Below are positions 27,278 to 32,000 of a stretch of 32,000 nt of DNA, in pieces. The notes below the pieces were generated by a model. That model was not told the DNA's origin, searched no databases, and worked only from the letters and a program-made list of their open reading frames with translations. How positions within the stretch are numbered: the first letter of the stretch is position 1; each line of letters starts with the position of its first letter. The stretch is taken from contig NC_007614.1 of the NCBI RefSeq assembly GCF_000196355.1, forward strand, positions 300,001-332,000. The letters run 5' to 3'. The DNA comes from Nitrosospira multiformis ATCC 25196. Its GTDB lineage: Bacteria > Pseudomonadota > Gammaproteobacteria > Burkholderiales > Nitrosomonadaceae. The position numbers and the translations under genes are program-made.

Positions 27278-27306
27278 TTGACTGTTGTGCGCAAGCAGAT
27301 TAGAAT
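27278..27306 (+). promoter_or_regulatory. Putative sigma70 promoter for the atp operon
   Basis: TTGACT (27278-27283), 17-nt spacer, TAGAAT (27301-27306); each hexamer is 5/6 to consensus, about 180 nt upstream of the atpI start. Confidence 0.7.
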
Positions 27307-27487
27307 CCGCGTGTTTTAAATAGGTCAAGCCGGATTTAATTATTCAGGAGGCCTGGAAGAAGGAAACAAGCGGTGCTGGCCAAGGAATTGAATTAAAATC
27401 AGGTCTTCCACGAACACACGTTCAACGAGCCAAGGTCACTCTCAACATCTGTTTTTGTGACTGGCGCTTTCCGACGAAGCTCAGCAA

Positions 27488-27880
27488 ATGCCCTGGATAC
27501 GAAACAAGCCGGTACGCGTTGTCATGCGTTGGCAACTGATTGTCACACTGGCGATGGTGCTAACGCTGGGTTTGTTATGGGGATTCCACGGCGCAGCCTC
27601 AGCTTTTCTGGGCGGTGTGGTCAGCATTGTTTCTGCAGCGGCGTTTTCTGCAATTGTCTCCAGGTATCGCGGCTCCACAGCGGGCGGCATATTGATCACG
27701 GCCCTGAAAGCAGAAGCGGTAAAGATAGTCCTCACAGTCGCATTGCTCTGGCTCGTGATGACGTTCTACAAGGATGTTGTTGCGATCGGATTTATCGGGA
27801 CCTTCATACTGACGGTTCTGATCTTCGGGCTGGCATTGTTCGTAACGGATGATGCAAAGGTTGCGCAAATAAAGCAATAA
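27488..27880 (+). CDS. atpI: ATP synthase subunit I
   Basis: 130-aa membrane protein 'VMRWQLIVTLAMVLTLGLLWGFHGAASAFLGGVVSIVSAAAFSAIVSRY', directly upstream of atpB. Confidence 0.85.
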   Translation: MPWIRNKPVRVVMRWQLIVTLAMVLTLGLLWGFHGAASAFLGGVVSIVSAAAFSAIVSRYRGSTAGGILITALKAEAVKIVLTVALLWLVMTFYKDVVAIGFIGTFILTVLIFGLALFVTDDAKVAQIKQ

Positions 27881-27901
27881 ACAGTTGAGATAGGCAAATA
27901 A

Positions 27902-28708
<807 letters not shown>

Positions 28709-28728
28709 TTCTGCGCTGCTGTTCTTAA

Positions 28729-29034
<306 letters not shown>

Positions 29035-29071
29035 TAGTGATTGCTCCCGGTATCATTCCCAGAGGCTAGCC

Positions 29072-29542
29072 ATGAACATAAACTTCACGCTTATTTCCCA
29101 GGCAATGGCATTTGCCATCTTCATCTGGTTCACGGTCAGGTTTGTGTGGCCTCCATTGATGCGCGCAATCGAGAATCGTCAGAAAACGATCGCCGAAGGT
29201 TTGGCTGCGGGCGAACGTGGCAAGCGCGAACTGGAACTGGCAAGTCAACGCTCAGGCGACGTCGTCCGGGAGGCCAAGCAGCGTGCATCCGATATCATCG
29301 CGCAGGCAGAAAAGCGTGCCGCAGAGATCGTGGATGAAGCCAAAGTAGCCGCAAGAGAAGAGGGCGACCGCATTCTTGTGGGTGCCAAGGCAGAGGTGGA
29401 GCAGGAAGTGTTTCGCGCAAAGGAAGTTTTGCGCCAGCAGGTGGCGGGCCTGGCGTTGGCGGGGGCTGCCAAGATCCTCCGGCGCGAGGTGGATGAAAAA
29501 GCCCACGCCGAACTGCTTGCATCCCTCAAGGCGGAGCTCTAG
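29072..29542 (+). CDS. atpF: F0F1 ATP synthase subunit b
   Basis: 156 aa; '[57 protein letters not shown]'. Confidence 0.98.
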   Translation: MNINFTLISQAMAFAIFIWFTVRFVWPPLMRAIENRQKTIAEGLAAGERGKRELELASQRSGDVVREAKQRASDIIAQAEKRAAEIVDEAKVAAREEGDRILVGAKAEVEQEVFRAKEVLRQQVAGLALAGAAKILRREVDEKAHAELLASLKAEL

Positions 29543-29545
29543 CCG

Positions 29546-30082
29546 ATGGCCGAAACTCGCACGATTGCCCGGCCTTATGCGGAGGCAGTCTTCAAACTTG
29601 CAAAAAACCAGAATGATCTCGCCCGCTGGGCAGACACATTGCAGTTGGCGGCCGCTGTCGCGGCCGACGAAAATGTCCGTTCATTGATCGGCAACCCCAA
29701 GATATCTTCCCGAAAACTGGGCGAGCTTTTTTTGAGCGTTTGCGGGAACAGGCTCAATGAAGAAGGTCGCAATTTCATCTTACTGCTGGCGGAAAACGGC
29801 AGGCTTGAAATTTTGCCCGAGGTAAATGAGTTGTATGAGCAACTCAAGACCCGTCATGAAGGCGTGCTGGATGCCAAAGTTATTTCTGCTTTTGCCATGA
29901 GCGATGCTCAATTGAAGGATCTGGTGACTGATCTCGAGGCCAAGTTCAAGCGCAAGATAGAGGCAAAAGTGAGCGTCGACGCGGATTTGATAGGCGGCGT
30001 GATAGTCGAAATAGGCGATGAGGTGCTTGACGCCTCCGTGCGAGGAAAACTGGAAGCCATGGCTGTTGCACTTAAAAGCTAG
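29546..30082 (+). CDS. atpH: F0F1 ATP synthase subunit delta
   Basis: 178 aa; 'TIARPYAEAVFKLAKNQNDLARWADTLQLAAAV' and C-terminal 'KVSVDADLIGGVIVEIGDEVLDASVRGKLEAMA'. Confidence 0.97.
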   Translation: MAETRTIARPYAEAVFKLAKNQNDLARWADTLQLAAAVAADENVRSLIGNPKISSRKLGELFLSVCGNRLNEEGRNFILLLAENGRLEILPEVNELYEQLKTRHEGVLDAKVISAFAMSDAQLKDLVTDLEAKFKRKIEAKVSVDADLIGGVIVEIGDEVLDASVRGKLEAMAVALKS

Positions 30083-30097
30083 GAGTTAACTGAAAAA

Positions 30098-31639
30098 ATG
30101 CATTTAAATCCATCCGAGATCAGTGAACTGATCAAAAGCAGAATTGAAGGGCTTGAAGCAACCGCCGAAGTCCGGACACAAGGCACGGTGGTTTCCGTGA
30201 CCGACGGCATCGTGCGCATCCATGGACTGTCTGATGTGATGCAGGGCGAAATGCTTGAGTTCCCGGGTAATACCTTCGGTCTTGCGCTCAATCTGGAGCG
30301 CGATTCAGTGGGCGCGGTTGTTCTGGGTGAGTATGAGCACATTACCGAGGGCGATACCGTCAAGTGCACGGGCCGCATTCTGGAAGTTCCGGTAGGAGAG
30401 GAACTGATCGGCCGTGTAGTCAACGCGCTGGGGCAGCCCATCGACGGCAAGGGGCCGATAACAACCAAGCACTCCGAGCCGATAGAAAAGATTGCACCGG
30501 GCGTGGTGTGGCGTCAATCGGTGAATCAGCCGGTGCAGACCGGGCTGAAGGCGATCGACGCAATGGTTCCCATCGGGCGCGGCCAGCGTGAACTGATCAT
30601 TGGAGATCGTCAAACGGGAAAAACGGCAGTAGCTGTGGATGCAATCATCAACCAGAAGGGTGAGAACATGATTTGCATCTACGTTGCGATCGGTCAGAAA
30701 GCGTCGTCGATCAGTAACGTAGTGCGGAAGCTGGAAGAGCATGGGGCGATGGAATATACCATCGTCGTGGCTGCCACCGCTTCGGAGTCGGCCGCGATGC
30801 AGTTTATCGCCCCTTATTCCGGTTGCACGATGGGCGAGTATTTCCGCGATACCGGCAGGGACGCGCTGATTGTTTATGACGATTTGACCAAGCAAGCATG
30901 GGCTTATCGGCAGATTTCCCTGTTGTTGCGCCGCCCTCCTGGCCGGGAAGCCTATCCTGGAGATGTGTTTTATTTGCACTCGCGGCTGCTGGAACGCGCA
31001 GCGCGTGTCAGCGCGGCCTATGTGGAAAAAGAGACGAATGGCGCAGTCAAAGGCAAGACGGGTTCGCTGACAGCCTTGCCTGTGATCGAAACCCAGGCGG
31101 GTGACGTGACTGCATTCGTTCCCACCAACGTTATCTCCATTACTGATGGCCAGATTTTTCTGGAATCCGACCTGTTCAATGCAGGTATCCGGCCAGCTAT
31201 CAACGCCGGTATTTCAGTCTCTCGTGTAGGGGGCGCCGCGCAGACCAAAGTCATCAAGAAACTGGGTGGCGGCGTGCGTCTCGCATTGGCGCAATACCGG
31301 GAACTTGCCGCATTTGCCCAGTTCGCCTCCGACCTCGATGAAGCGACACGCAAGCAGCTTGAGCGCGGCAAGATGGTGACGGAACTGATGAAGCAGCCTC
31401 AGTACTCAACCCTGAGCGTATCCGAAATGGCGCTTACCCTGTTTGCCGTCAACAAAGGATACCTGGATGATGTGGAAGTAAGCCGCGCGTTGGCCTTTGA
31501 ATCTGCACTCAGAGGTTTCATTCGTAGCAAGTATGGGGCAATTCTGGACAAGATAGAGACCACCAAGGATCTGGATGCGGAAACCGAGAAGGAACTCGAT
31601 GCGGCAATCCAGGATTTCAAGAAAAACGGAACATACTGA
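30098..31639 (+). CDS. atpA: F0F1 ATP synthase subunit alpha
   Basis: 513 aa; Walker A '[20 protein letters not shown]', '[29 protein letters not shown]'. Confidence 0.99.
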   Translation: MHLNPSEISELIKSRIEGLEATAEVRTQGTVVSVTDGIVRIHGLSDVMQGEMLEFPGNTFGLALNLERDSVGAVVLGEYEHITEGDTVKCTGRILEVPVGEELIGRVVNALGQPIDGKGPITTKHSEPIEKIAPGVVWRQSVNQPVQTGLKAIDAMVPIGRGQRELIIGDRQTGKTAVAVDAIINQKGENMICIYVAIGQKASSISNVVRKLEEHGAMEYTIVVAATASESAAMQFIAPYSGCTMGEYFRDTGRDALIVYDDLTKQAWAYRQISLLLRRPPGREAYPGDVFYLHSRLLERAARVSAAYVEKETNGAVKGKTGSLTALPVIETQAGDVTAFVPTNVISITDGQIFLESDLFNAGIRPAINAGISVSRVGGAAQTKVIKKLGGGVRLALAQYRELAAFAQFASDLDEATRKQLERGKMVTELMKQPQYSTLSVSEMALTLFAVNKGYLDDVEVSRALAFESALRGFIRSKYGAILDKIETTKDLDAETEKELDAAIQDFKKNGTY

Positions 31640-31642
31640 CCG

Positions 31643-32000
31643 ATGGCAGGCAGCAGGGAAATACGCAACAAGATCAAAAGCGTAAAGAACACGCAGAAGA
31701 TCACGCGCGCGATGGAAATGGTGGCTGCATCCAAGATGCGCCGGGCGCAGGAACGCATGAAAAAAGCCAGGCCATACGGCGAGAAGATTCGCAACGTCGC
31801 AGCCCACATGAGCCGTGCTTACACCGAATACCGCCATCCGTTCCTGATAGAACGCGATACGGTAAAGCGCATAGGCATCATTGTGGTTACCTCCGACAAG
31901 GGTTTGTGCGGTGGACTCAACACAAACGTGCTGCGCATGGCGGTAAGCAAAATGAAAGCCTGGGAAGCGGAAGGCGAACAGATCGAGGTATGCTGTATCG
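31643..32000 (+). CDS. atpG: F0F1 ATP synthase subunit gamma, truncated by window end
   Basis: ATG at 31643: '[59 protein letters not shown]...'; ORF runs off the window. Confidence 0.97.
   Translation, partial: MAGSREIRNKIKSVKNTQKITRAMEMVAASKMRRAQERMKKARPYGEKIRNVAAHMSRAYTEYRHPFLIERDTVKRIGIIVVTSDKGLCGGLNTNVLRMAVSKMKAWEAEGEQIEVCCI

Noticed and set aside
27457-27852. 131-aa plus ORF overlapping atpI in another frame
   Set aside because: The atpI frame has the expected TM pattern and operon position; the alternative frame has no TM or family signal.
30364-31837. Several ORFs inside atpA/atpG in other frames (30305..30979, 31399..31809, 31406..31837 minus)
   Set aside because: Shadow ORFs over the highly conserved atpA and atpG coding sequence.

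Overview
The window holds a large surface-polysaccharide/glycoconjugate biosynthesis locus (about 168-26290) next to the start of an F1Fo ATP synthase operon (27488 to window end: atpI-atpB-atpE-atpF-atpH-atpA-atpG partial). The sequence style resembles a betaproteobacterium, possibly Nitrosomonadaceae, but this is inference only. Two genes look like families tied to exosortase-A (PEP-CTERM) systems: a glycosyltransferase at 9928-11148 and an O-antigen-ligase-like protein at 23864-25204. No exosortase or PEP-CTERM substrate is visible. Three sub-modules stand out. (i) A block at 3549-8668 encodes a VOC protein, an FkbH-like HAD-IIIC protein, an acyl carrier protein, a NeuD/PglD-like acyltransferase, a WbqC-family protein, an SMR-like transporter and a methyltransferase, followed by a very WecE-like aminotransferase. 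With the ArnT-like and ArnC/GtrB-like genes at 168-2683, this suggests an ACP-dependent amino-sugar decoration pathway. (ii) A sulfotransferase and an APS kinase (cysC) lie divergently, suggesting polysaccharide sulfation. (iii) An opposite-strand island at 15317-20185 encodes a large membrane protein, two FkbM-like methyltransferases and a glycosyltransferase. I also found a small unlisted secreted-peptide ORF (26906-27073, minus) whose stop codon overlaps that of a convergent DUF3565/DUF1971-like gene, and a near-consensus sigma70 promoter upstream of atpI. I see no CRISPR array, tRNA, rRNA or mobile element. No clearly unprecedented system can be proven; the acyl-carrier/amino-sugar block is the best candidate.
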